Source of the DNA: a virus
Lineage: Duplodnaviria > Caudoviricetes
Reading direction: 5' to 3' (one strand)
IMG/VR virus record: IMGVR_UViG_3300037070_004496
Coordinates: 1-30,993 of that record
DNA: 30,993 nt
Shown here: positions 7,896 to 16,282 of the stretch, in pieces
Position numbering within the stretch: the stretch's first letter is position 1
Layout: every line of letters begins with the position of its first letter
The notes under the pieces: generated by a model
Database searches by the model: none
The model's input: the letters and a program-made list of their open reading frames with translations, nothing else
What the model was told of the DNA's origin: nothing
Made by a program: the position numbers and the translations under genes

Positions 7896-7924
7896 ACGTT
7901 ACCCTAATGGGACCTATGAGTCAA
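7896..7924 (-). promoter_or_regulatory. Sigma70-like promoter whose -10 lies within a GTAAC-N5-GTTAC palindrome
   Basis: TTGACT (7924-7919), 17 bp, TAACGT (7901-7896); palindrome at 7888-7902. Confidence 0.55.
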
Positions 7925-7962
7925 TACCTGACTCACGGGTCCGGTTAGGCCAACGGGTAAGG

Positions 7963-8373
7963 CTACTTACATCGGGTAACGCGCGCATACATCCCGGGTC
8001 CGGGCGAGGTGCCATAGTAGCGGGCTCCCGTCCGGGGCGAGACCGCGCGGAAGTAGTAGCGGAACGGGGCGCGCTGCCAGCCGAAGGCACGCCCGACGCG
8101 GGCCGTACGCACACGCCAGACAGTCAGCACCTCACCCCCCGTCCAGGACGTGAGGCTATAGGGGACCGTGAGATTCGTGCCCGCTGGCCCACGGAGATAG
8201 AGGACAGTCTTACCCCCGGGGGGTAGCGCGTCCACGTCCGCCCGCTCGCGCACGTCCGCGCACGGGTAACAGACGGTAGCATCGGCAGGCTCACGGAGAC
8301 GCGCGTAGCCTGTGCCCCCAGTGTGCCCCGGGGGGGTCGGCGGGATACCGGCTTTGCAGTCGTGGCAAGTCAT
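7963..8373 (-). CDS. Hypothetical protein with N-terminal Zn-binding CxxC pair
   Basis: MTCHDC...VCYPCA; ATGA-coupled start at 8373. Confidence 0.65.
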   Translation of the reverse strand: MTCHDCKAGIPPTPPGHTGGTGYARLREPADATVCYPCADVRERADVDALPPGGKTVLYLRGPAGTNLTVPYSLTSWTGGEVLTVWRVRTARVGRAFGWQRAPFRYYFRAVSPRTGARYYGTSPGPGMYARVTRCK

Positions 8374-8669
8374 CGGCGGCCCCCGCGAATGACGTAGGCG
8401 CGCACGCAAGCACGAGAGCACGCGGTCTCGTTGCTATCGGCCGGGGTGAAAGGCTTGCCGCAACCAAGGCACGCGCGAGGCTCCAACGTGGGAAACATAA
8501 ACGACAGGTCGGCCACGGGAACCGCGAAAGTGTAGTCGGTCCCGTTAGCGCGAATGATGGCGCTAGCGGTCCCCATGTAGCGCACGAAGGTGCCCGCGAT
8601 GAGTGAGTCTCTGTCCTCGAAGCGTACGCGGTCTCCACGTTTGAACGTGGCCACGGTAGGCTTATCCAT
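8370..8669 (-). CDS. Hypothetical protein: SH3/KOW-like N-terminus plus CxxC...CSxxC Zn finger
   Basis: FKRGDRVRF...CLGCGKPFTP...ACSRAC; GGAGAG RBS. Confidence 0.65.
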   Translation of the reverse strand: MDKPTVATFKRGDRVRFEDRDSLIAGTFVRYMGTASAIIRANGTDYTFAVPVADLSFMFPTLEPRACLGCGKPFTPADSNETACSRACVRAYVIRGGRR

Positions 8670-8711
8670 TTGTACTCTCCGTTACCCGAGCCTGTTAGTA
8701 GACTCGCCACA

Positions 8712-8738
8712 AGGGGGGCAGGGTGACTGCCCCCCCTG
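8712..8738 (-). terminator. GC-rich hairpin downstream of DUF932 (terminator or processing site)
   Basis: AGGGGGGCAG-ggtga-CTGCCCCCC stem; only a weak U-tract. Confidence 0.45.
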
Positions 8739-8749
8739 GGACTAGCCTG

Positions 8750-9769
8750 CTATGCGACCGCCGCGACCGTCTGCATCGCCACGCGGAGAGCCCGCGCGTT
8801 CACGTCCGCCCCGCTGCCAAACCACGCCGAATTCATGCGCTTGTCGGCCGAGACCTTGCTGTCATCCGTGCCCCAGGAGATACGCTCCGTGACACCGTTA
8901 TAGGCGTCCCAGAACGACGCGCCCGTGTTGCCGCGCCCGCGCTGAGCCTTCGTTACCACGTCGGCCAGAATGCCCGCCATGCGCCCGGAAACGCTCTTTG
9001 CGGTGTCCTGTCCGATGATGTTTCCGAAACGGGCCGCCGTGGCAGACTCGGCCACGGGGGTTTCGTCGGTTACCTGGTAGACCGCCTTAGCGTAAGCCTC
9101 GATACCCTCACGATCGATGCTCGCCTTAGCTAGCAAACGGTACACCTCGGCCGTTTTGGTGAAAGCCTCGTTAGCCTTTGCGAGAGACTCGCGCACGGCC
9201 GTGAGACGCGCGCCCGCGCTGGCCGTGTGCTTGACCTTAAACATGCTCCGATCGGCCAGCGCCATTGACAGGGTGTTGCGGCAAACCACGCGCACGGGGG
9301 TGAGCCCGCCATTGTGCGCCATGCTAGCGTCGTGGGAGGACGCGAACAGGAGAAACTTGACAACCTTGTCACCCGGGCGAATCTCCATCATGGCATTACC
9401 CTTGCTGCCAATCTGAGCGAGGACCCACGTCCGCGAGCCTCCCGCGAGGCTCCCGGCCGTATGATAGGTTACCTCGCCCGACTCCAGGAACGGGTTGAAC
9501 CAATCGAGGTTTTCCCGATTCTGGCGGACCGTGTACGCGGGGCCGACCGTTCCCAGGATGCGACCGTCTGAGTCACGACGGGTTGCGTAAGCCTCCGTTA
9601 CATCCTGCCGGTCGGCGGTCACCAGGGGCACCTTGGAAACCGTCCAGTCAAGGCCCGACTGGCGGATCATTTCGTCGGTGGACGTGAGCGCTGCATCCGT
9701 CATGCGGACGCCTAGCCCGTGCCATGGGACATCCGCCGTGTAAGCCATCGTCTCGATATCGTGTGCCAT
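8750..9769 (-). CDS. DUF932-domain protein (phage/plasmid-like protein, TIGR03299 type)
   Basis: MAHDIETMAY...PWHGLG...GLDWTV...TAGSLAGG...WVLA...SSHD...TPVRVVCRNTL...WDAYNGVTE are hallmark motifs of the family. Confidence 0.9.
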   Translation of the reverse strand: MAHDIETMAYTADVPWHGLGVRMTDAALTSTDEMIRQSGLDWTVSKVPLVTADRQDVTEAYATRRDSDGRILGTVGPAYTVRQNRENLDWFNPFLESGEVTYHTAGSLAGGSRTWVLAQIGSKGNAMMEIRPGDKVVKFLLFASSHDASMAHNGGLTPVRVVCRNTLSMALADRSMFKVKHTASAGARLTAVRESLAKANEAFTKTAEVYRLLAKASIDREGIEAYAKAVYQVTDETPVAESATAARFGNIIGQDTAKSVSGRMAGILADVVTKAQRGRGNTGASFWDAYNGVTERISWGTDDSKVSADKRMNSAWFGSGADVNARALRVAMQTVAAVA

Positions 9770-9817
9770 TTGTCCTAACCCTCTTTCTTATCGTGCGGTA
9801 ATGCACGTTACCTAACC

Positions 9818-9846
9818 AATGTAGGCATTCGGCCGCCGCCTGTCAA
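9818..9846 (-). promoter_or_regulatory. Near-consensus sigma70 promoter driving the early (leftward) arm
   Basis: TTGACA (9846-9841), 17 bp, TACATT (9823-9818); GTAATGCACGTTAC at 9798-9811 covers the predicted start site. Confidence 0.75.
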
Positions 9847-10304
9847 GTAGAAAGTACAGGCTATTATTCCAATTGCTTGTAACGCGCGTTACGGGTAATT
9901 GGATCGGGGGTATAAGTCATTACACTATCCTTTCGCTTTACCCCCCGTAAGTGTAGATAATCCCATTTTCGTGAAATTGGCTAGGTTCAACGCTACGGTA
10001 ACGGGTGATACCTCGGGCTAGGGTTTGGGACAAGTCTTCACCACGAGCCTTCCAGGGCCCTTAAACGGGAATTACCTTTTTGGTAAGGATCAGTAACTTA
10101 CGGGGATTGCGCCCGCGTCGGGTCGGGAGCGTGTATAGATATGATGGGAGGTAACTGCAATTACCGTACCGTCATTTGAAGGCTTGGATACTGCATGCAA
10201 TCAGTGTGCCACGTTACCTCGCCTGTCACCAGGGGGGCAGGGGGCAGGAGGGGTAACGCATGACGCTAGGGTATGGGCGATGCACGCGCGCCTTGCTCTC
10301 TGTA

Positions 10305-10399
10305 CTACCTACCAGTCGGTAGGCTACCGACCACCCGGTAGGTTACCAACCGTTCGGTAGGCTACCGATCGGTCGGGTGGTTATGACCAGTTAGTATAG
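10305..10399. repeat. Tandem array of 19-bp internally palindromic units (four clear copies and one degenerate)
   Basis: CTACCTACCAGTCGGTAGG / CTACCGACCACCCGGTAGG / TTACCAACCGTTCGGTAGG / CTACCGATCGGTCGGGTGG / TTATGACCAGTTAGTATAG. Confidence 0.85.
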
Positions 10400-10660
10400 T
10401 TCTTTGTATACCTACCCAGACCCCCCCGGCACCCCCCCAAACCAGGGTCCCCCGGCGCAGGATAAGGGACCCCCTGAACAGCAGACAGCTCCCCGGCCTC
10501 TGGGCGAGGTAACGCGCGACAGGTCCCGCTCGTGGTCTGTGGAAACACTGGAGGACCCAGTGCCCTAAATGGGGGTACGGTAACGCCTGTTACCCCTTTT
10601 CGGGATCTGCTTCTGCCTCTGGTATGAGAGCATTACCCTCATACCACAACCCGAAGCGAT

Positions 10661-10772
10661 GTAATGGCTGTTACTCTTTCCAGAAAAGGGGGGCTGGGGG
10701 TACCCTCCCTTACCCCAAGCAGGGGTAATGATCGTTACTCTTTCCAGAAAAGGGGGCTCATTCCAGAAAAGG
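10661..10772. repeat. ~34-bp direct repeat x2 plus a partial third copy
   Basis: GTAATG(gct/atc)GTTACTCTTTCCAGAAAAGGGGG at 10661 and 10725; TTCCAGAAAAGG at 10761. Confidence 0.85.
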
Positions 10773-10922
10773 ACCCGGGGGGAGGACCCCTGCGCCGGTT
10801 TTCCCCCGGGTCGGCTCGGGTTACCTCATCGATCACCCCCCCACACCCCCCCAGCCTTCAGGGGAACATGCCCCGAAGGGGCAGGTTCCCTATAGGTAGT
10901 GCCCTCACGCGCCGGGTGGCTG

Positions 10923-10973
10923 AGGGTACCACCTTTTTCGGGACTTGTCAAGTATCATTATTTAGTATAGGGT
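10923..10973. promoter_or_regulatory. Overlapping divergent sigma70-like promoters sharing one -35 region
   Basis: Plus: TTGTCA (10945-50), 17 bp, TAGGGT (10968-73) toward terL. Minus: TTGACA (10951-46), 17 bp, TACCCT (10928-23) into the non-coding region. Confidence 0.55.
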
Positions 10974-11058
10974 CCAGGGCTGTGCCACTACCAGTAGTAG
11001 TACCCTCATTCCAGGGTTCCATGTCTCAGTTCAGAAGCACAAGCCCCCGGAGCACGCG

Positions 11059-12711
11059 ATGCCGAGGATAGGTCAGGTAAGACACGTTTACACGCGCCCC
11101 GAAACGGAGGTCCTGGAATGGGCCTCGCCCGAGCAAAAAGAAGTGTTCGAGTACGGTCCCGCGCCGGTTTGCGCGTCCGGGGGGTTCGGCGCGAGCAAAA
11201 CCTGGGCGATGGTGATGAAGGGCATCCTGCTGAGCGACTGTTTCCCCCGAAATCGTGGTGTGATTGTCCGGAAAGTCTTCACCGAGCTGCAAAAGACGAC
11301 GATGGCCACCTTCTATAAGGTGTTACCTAGCTCAGCTTACCTTTTCGGGGGTCGTAGAGCCGACAGTGAGAAGTACCTAAGATTGAACAACGGTTCTGAG
11401 GTACTTTTCATGCATTTGGACGACCCCGACGTGGCAAATGTCATAAAAGGGCTGGAAATCAACTGGTTTTTCATCGATCAGGCCGAGGAAATCGAAGAAG
11501 AAATCTTCGACAAGCTAAAATCCCGATTAGGCAGGTGGGACGGGGCCGAAGTGCCCGATCACATCATCCAGCGCGAGGTAAACTCCGGTAGAAAGTGGGA
11601 ATGGCTCAATACCAAGGGTCGGCCGATCCCCCCGACCTTCGCCATGCTCGCCTGCAACCCGGACACGAAGCAGCACTGGATCTACCGGCGTTTTCACCCC
11701 GATTCTGAGGAGTTTTCCCAGCTTCGGGAGGATGGTCAAGGCGGTAAGACCAGTTACCAGCTCGAAGGCTACAAGATGGTAACGATGAGTAGCCTGACCA
11801 ACAAGTTCCTCACCCAGCAGAACCGGAAGGAGCTGCTCACCCAGGACAAGAGTTTCATCAACCGGTACGTCCACGGGACGTGGGGCATCCCCGAGGGCCT
11901 AATTCACAACCCCACCGAGCTGAGCAAGATTCCCGGGACCCGTGATTTGGTAGCTCATTTGATCCGGTCCTGTACCCTGCACCGGACCCTGGACCACGGT
12001 GATACGGCCCCGACGTGCTGCGCCTGGTGGGCAGTGGACAAGGAGGGCAACATCTTCCTTTTCCGGGAGTACTACAAGCCTGACCAGCTCATCTCCTACC
12101 ATCGTGCGGAGATCAAGGCCCTGTCCGGTACCGAGGGTTACGTCTTCAACCTGGCCGACCCCAGTATCTTCGTGAAAACCCAGCAAAAGTACGGTGGGAA
12201 GTGGTCCATCGCCGACGATTACCTGGACCCGACGCTCGGGACCACGGAGTCGATGATCTACTGGGAGCCTGCCGACAACAACGAGCTGGTGACCCGTGGT
12301 CGTATCAACGAGTACCTCCGCGTGGACCCCGACCGGGTACATCCCATTACCAAGCAGAAGGGCTCGCCCCGGCTTTTCTTCATCATGAAGTCCGTTGAGC
12401 ACCCATTTGGGTGTGACTTCACTTGGAAGCAGACCGGTTCCCAGATGCGGCTGAAGGTCGGGACCGAGATGGGTAAGCCCGTTTACTCCGACGAGCGGGA
12501 TGAGACCGTGACCGATCACGCTTATGATGTCGTGCGTTACTTCGTGGCGTCTCGGCCTCCCGTTGCGGGCATCTTGCAGGCCAGGGTTCATCACAATACC
12601 TTCGAGGCGACCCGGCAAAGGGTGCTAGAGTTCCACCGTCGCGGTGGAGCGAAGCAGTTGCAGCGTAGGGTTCGCACTTTGGCGGGTGGCACCCGCTCAC
12701 GAGGCTACTGA
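11059..12711 (+). CDS. terL: Terminase large subunit
   Basis: Walker A-like GGFGASKT, Walker B-like WFFIDQAEE, coupling motif ACNP, RNase H nuclease LDHG and C-terminal DHAYDVVRY; first gene of the head module. Confidence 0.93.
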   Translation: MPRIGQVRHVYTRPETEVLEWASPEQKEVFEYGPAPVCASGGFGASKTWAMVMKGILLSDCFPRNRGVIVRKVFTELQKTTMATFYKVLPSSAYLFGGRRADSEKYLRLNNGSEVLFMHLDDPDVANVIKGLEINWFFIDQAEEIEEEIFDKLKSRLGRWDGAEVPDHIIQREVNSGRKWEWLNTKGRPIPPTFAMLACNPDTKQHWIYRRFHPDSEEFSQLREDGQGGKTSYQLEGYKMVTMSSLTNKFLTQQNRKELLTQDKSFINRYVHGTWGIPEGLIHNPTELSKIPGTRDLVAHLIRSCTLHRTLDHGDTAPTCCAWWAVDKEGNIFLFREYYKPDQLISYHRAEIKALSGTEGYVFNLADPSIFVKTQQKYGGKWSIADDYLDPTLGTTESMIYWEPADNNELVTRGRINEYLRVDPDRVHPITKQKGSPRLFFIMKSVEHPFGCDFTWKQTGSQMRLKVGTEMGKPVYSDERDETVTDHAYDVVRYFVASRPPVAGILQARVHHNTFEATRQRVLEFHRRGGAKQLQRRVRTLAGGTRSRGY

Positions 12712-14603
12712 TGGCGAAGAAGACTCCAGTCAAGAAGAAGTCCGACCCCCCCGAGGAGCGCGAGGATGCCCTGAAGATGTGGAAGGGCCACACCGAATCC
12801 GCCGACAAGGCGTACGGTGAGTGGGAGAAGGACTTCGATTGCGACATCCTGGAGGACTTCTACCTGGGGCACCAGCACGAGGAGATGGGCAACGGTCCCG
12901 ACGACCTGTACACCATCAACCTCGTCTTCCCCTCGATCGAGGTGAAGATCCCCAGCTTCCTGTACGCAGCGCCGCAATTGCGCGTTACCCCGAGACCGGC
13001 GAAGGCGGATGACCTGGGGAGCCAGGCCGAGGAGACCTGCAAGCTGCTGGAGGATACTGGTCAGACGCTGATGACCAGTAGGGCTGTGGGCTGGAAGGAC
13101 AGCCACTACCTGTCGCTGCGGGAGTCCTTCTACCGATTCGGCGTCACGGAGCAGGGCTACAGCAACGAGATCGGGGACAACCCGAACGGAGGCAAGCCGC
13201 TGCTGAAGCCGAACAGTAACGATCCTTACCTGGACGATGACGACGATCCCGTCATCCAGCCCGAGAAGATCCCGATTACGGAGCAGGTCTGGTCCCGTCG
13301 CATTCCCGCGCACCAGTTCCGGGCTCCTGCCGTCAGCAAGAACGAGGTGCTCTACAACGATTGGCTCGGCTACTTCGAGTGGATGCACCCCGAGGACATC
13401 AAGGCCACGCGGGGCTGGGACAACAAGGACCAGGAGTACCAGACCCGGGCCAACGTCTCCAAGAAGTACCAGGTCGAGATGGGGGGCAGCCTGGACGAGC
13501 GTAACCGTCGTTACGGGCTGGTGAAGGTGTGGAAGGTGTGGGACCTGCGGACCAAGGAGCGCCACGTTTTCCCGGCCGATGGCACCGACTTCTTTGTATA
13601 TAAGGAACCATACAAGACTTTTCCCCTCAGCTTCATTCGCCCGTACCCGGTGCTGGACAGCTTCTACCCGCTGCCCCCCGTCTACAACTGGATCAGCCCG
13701 CAGCGGGAGCTGAACGAGATCCGGAACACGCAGCGCACGCACCGCCGCCGAGCTAGGCGTCGTTACATGATGACGAAGGGTGGCGTCGAGGCCCCCGAGC
13801 TGGACAAGCTGGAGAACGGGCCGGACATGACGGTGATCGAGGTTGCTCGGCAGGATGCCCTGAAGGCGTTGGAGGATGCGCCGCTCGGGAGCACGGTGCA
13901 GAACGAAGTCGGTCAGACAGAGGACGACTTCATGCGGATCAGCGGGGTGGGGGGAGAGCAGCAGGGGATCAGCGAGTCCACCACGGCCACCCAGGCCAAC
14001 ATCATCGACGTGAACGCGAAGATCCGGGACAGCTTCGGCCGCAAGGAGATCGGGGAGTGGGTCAGCGACGGGATGTTCCAGATGCTGAGCCTGCTGCGGG
14101 AGAAGGCGGCCCTGCCCCTGTTCGTCATGGTAAACGTCGATTGGTCCGGGCCGCAGGCATTGCAGGAGGCCCAAAAGGTGCAGGCGATCTGGCAGCGGAT
14201 CGAGGCCACCGATCTCGGCTCGTTCGACTTCGATGTGACGGTGGACGTGGACAGCCTCTCGCCCATGAACGAGGACCAGAAGCGCCAGAATTGGAACCAG
14301 GTGCTGAGTGTCTTCGCCAATCCCACCCTCATGCAGATCCTGATGTCCAGCGACGTGATGCTGAAGAAGACGATGGGCTTCTACGGGGTAAAGAGCGATA
14401 GGGAGCTGCAAGAGATCAAGCAGGCTATGGCGATGGTGCTCCAGCAGCTTGCGATGGCGGCCCAGGCTCAGGCCCAGGCGAAGGGGGTCGGCGGCGGGAA
14501 GCAGACCGGAGCGGGAGCAGCCGGGCCGGGTCCCACGCCGGGCAACACCGACATTGCCCAGCAGCTCCAGGCGGGCAACGCGGGAGCTGGCCTTCCCAAC
14601 TAG
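12711..14603 (+). CDS. Portal protein
   Basis: 630 aa directly after terL; KVWKVWD, PQRELN, SESTTATQANI and FDFDVTVDVDS motifs with a Q/A-rich tail, typical of P22-like portals. Confidence 0.88.
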   Translation: MAKKTPVKKKSDPPEEREDALKMWKGHTESADKAYGEWEKDFDCDILEDFYLGHQHEEMGNGPDDLYTINLVFPSIEVKIPSFLYAAPQLRVTPRPAKADDLGSQAEETCKLLEDTGQTLMTSRAVGWKDSHYLSLRESFYRFGVTEQGYSNEIGDNPNGGKPLLKPNSNDPYLDDDDDPVIQPEKIPITEQVWSRRIPAHQFRAPAVSKNEVLYNDWLGYFEWMHPEDIKATRGWDNKDQEYQTRANVSKKYQVEMGGSLDERNRRYGLVKVWKVWDLRTKERHVFPADGTDFFVYKEPYKTFPLSFIRPYPVLDSFYPLPPVYNWISPQRELNEIRNTQRTHRRRARRRYMMTKGGVEAPELDKLENGPDMTVIEVARQDALKALEDAPLGSTVQNEVGQTEDDFMRISGVGGEQQGISESTTATQANIIDVNAKIRDSFGRKEIGEWVSDGMFQMLSLLREKAALPLFVMVNVDWSGPQALQEAQKVQAIWQRIEATDLGSFDFDVTVDVDSLSPMNEDQKRQNWNQVLSVFANPTLMQILMSSDVMLKKTMGFYGVKSDRELQEIKQAMAMVLQQLAMAAQAQAQAKGVGGGKQTGAGAAGPGPTPGNTDIAQQLQAGNAGAGLPN

Positions 14604-14614
14604 TGGTATACCTC

Positions 14615-14644
14615 TTGATATGGTAACACCACCTATGCTAGGGT
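14615..14644 (+). promoter_or_regulatory. Internal promoter, probably giving a leaderless mRNA
   Basis: TTGATA, 18 bp, TG-C-TAGGGT (extended -10); ATG at 14651 without an SD. Confidence 0.45.
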
Positions 14645-14650
14645 CCGCCC

Positions 14651-14908
14651 ATGAGCGATCTTTGCCCCTTCGGCTGTGGTAAAGAGGTATTGATCGGGCA
14701 GTGGCCCTTCTGCAAGGGTAACCCCGATAACCACAGCGGCGAGATCCACGGGATGCTCGGTGAGTTCAAGCCGTACTGGGACGAGCACGTAAGGGATGAT
14801 GGTAACCCGGTGTACATCACGTCCCTTGCGGAGCGCAGGCGAGAGATGAAGGCGGCCCACCTGGATTACGCACCCGTGAGGAACGGGATGCCCGGACGGG
14901 AGTTCTGA
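14651..14908 (+). CDS. Small Cys-containing hypothetical protein
   Basis: 85 aa, CPFGCG...WPFC; common position after the portal. Confidence 0.7.
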   Translation: MSDLCPFGCGKEVLIGQWPFCKGNPDNHSGEIHGMLGEFKPYWDEHVRDDGNPVYITSLAERRREMKAAHLDYAPVRNGMPGREF

Positions 14909-15195
14909 TGGCCAGCGTGAAGATGCAAGAGGCGTACACCAAGGCGAAGAAGGACCCGATGCGGGTCACGCTCAGCGTGTACACCCACGGTGGCCCCGGG
15001 CCGGACTCCTCCTGGAAGAAGGAGGAGAAGAAGCGCCGGAAGGCCGAGCTGGAGCGTCTGGATACCGAGATCAAGAAGTTCGACCGCGATCGGGCTGCGG
15101 ACAAGGTGATGTCCGCCCTGATGCGAGCACAGGAGCGTGCGAAGCGCGACCTGGAGGATTTCGACGGTGAGTTTGGGGGAGGGGTGACGCTGTGA
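14908..15195 (+). CDS. Hypothetical coiled-coil protein
   Basis: 95 aa, TGATG-coupled. Confidence 0.65.
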   Translation: MASVKMQEAYTKAKKDPMRVTLSVYTHGGPGPDSSWKKEEKKRRKAELERLDTEIKKFDRDRAADKVMSALMRAQERAKRDLEDFDGEFGGGVTL

Positions 15196-15344
15196 AGCGG
15201 GCACCGGTACCCTCCCTTACCTCGCTCGTAGCTGGACACCTCAAGTCCGGTTCACTCAAGACACAGCTCAAGCCGAAGCGGCGGACCAAGGTCCCAGTCA
15301 GGGGCACCGTCCGACGCAGCGGCTACTAACGAACGGAGACAAGC

Positions 15345-16256
15345 ATGGCAACGCCAGTAGCCCCCGCGTCCGCAGCCGATGACGGAGCAGACGAGGCTCC
15401 AGTCGGCGGGACCGGTGGCGACACGGGAGCCAGCGACGATACCCCTACCCCTGCGGCGGAAGGGGCTGAGGGTGCAGTATCGGCCGCTGCCGTAACCGAC
15501 GATACCGATGACGAAGACGCTGGTGATCTGGTCACTCCCGAGGAGCTGGCCCGGATCAAGGCCGACCCCGCACTGAAGGCTCTCTACAAGAACCTTCACA
15601 AGGGGTTCACCACCAAAACCCAGAAGCTGGCCGGTGCTCAGCAGCTGGCCCAGGCACTGCAAACCGATCCTGTGGGGACGGTCCAGTGGCTGGCTCAGCA
15701 GGCTGGGCTCCGGCTAGCTGACCAACCCAAGGCACCCGACGTTCGTGAGGGGATGCGTGCGGAATTGGCCAATGCCGTGGGAGATGACCTGGCCGAGCGG
15801 CTTCTGCCCGTTGTGGAGAAGATCGCGGGACAGGTTGCCCAGGCCCAGATTGGCCCGATCCAGCAACGCCTCACCATGACGGAGGCTCGTGGTGTCGAGG
15901 AGACCGCTGCCGTCGTACAGGCCGACTTCGAGAAGCGTCATCCCGACTTCAAGCAGCACGAGAAGAAGATGATGGAAGTCGCGCAGCGGTTCCGCCCCGT
16001 TCCGGGTGCCGACGCAAGCAAGTACCTGGACGATCTGTACACCCTGGCCACGGCGGAACGTGCGGCCGGGAAGGCGGCGGGTGACGCAGTGGACCGTCTG
16101 GTCGAGGCCACGGCGAGAGGTGGTGAGCGTCCCAGCAGCGGTACGCCGGGTTCCCGTGTTACGCCAGGCCCTCCGTCCGGTTTCGAGAAGATGTCCAAAG
16201 GCGACAAGCTACGGGCATCCCTCGCAGCGGCGAAGCGTGGCGAGCGGTGGGAGTAA
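15345..16256 (+). CDS. Capsid scaffolding protein
   Basis: Acidic low-complexity N-terminus, helical KGFTTKTQKLA region, located immediately before the major capsid gene; GGAG RBS. Confidence 0.82.
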   Translation: MATPVAPASAADDGADEAPVGGTGGDTGASDDTPTPAAEGAEGAVSAAAVTDDTDDEDAGDLVTPEELARIKADPALKALYKNLHKGFTTKTQKLAGAQQLAQALQTDPVGTVQWLAQQAGLRLADQPKAPDVREGMRAELANAVGDDLAERLLPVVEKIAGQVAQAQIGPIQQRLTMTEARGVEETAAVVQADFEKRHPDFKQHEKKMMEVAQRFRPVPGADASKYLDDLYTLATAERAAGKAAGDAVDRLVEATARGGERPSSGTPGSRVTPGPPSGFEKMSKGDKLRASLAAAKRGERWE

Positions 16257-16282
16257 CCACCGTTACCTGATAGGAGCCGACT

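Noticed and set aside
9879-9892. Dispersed motif as an RNA tetraloop hairpin or a restriction site
   Set aside because: Variants break pairing without compensation, and restriction sites are normally depleted rather than enriched in phages.
10305-10399. Possible mini-CRISPR array
   Set aside because: The units abut with no unique spacers, are only 19 bp, and no cas genes are visible.
10664-11071. 135-aa ORF upstream of terL as terminase small subunit
   Set aside because: Runs through repeats, hairpins and predicted promoters; no RBS; P/G/R/S-rich composition typical of non-coding frames.
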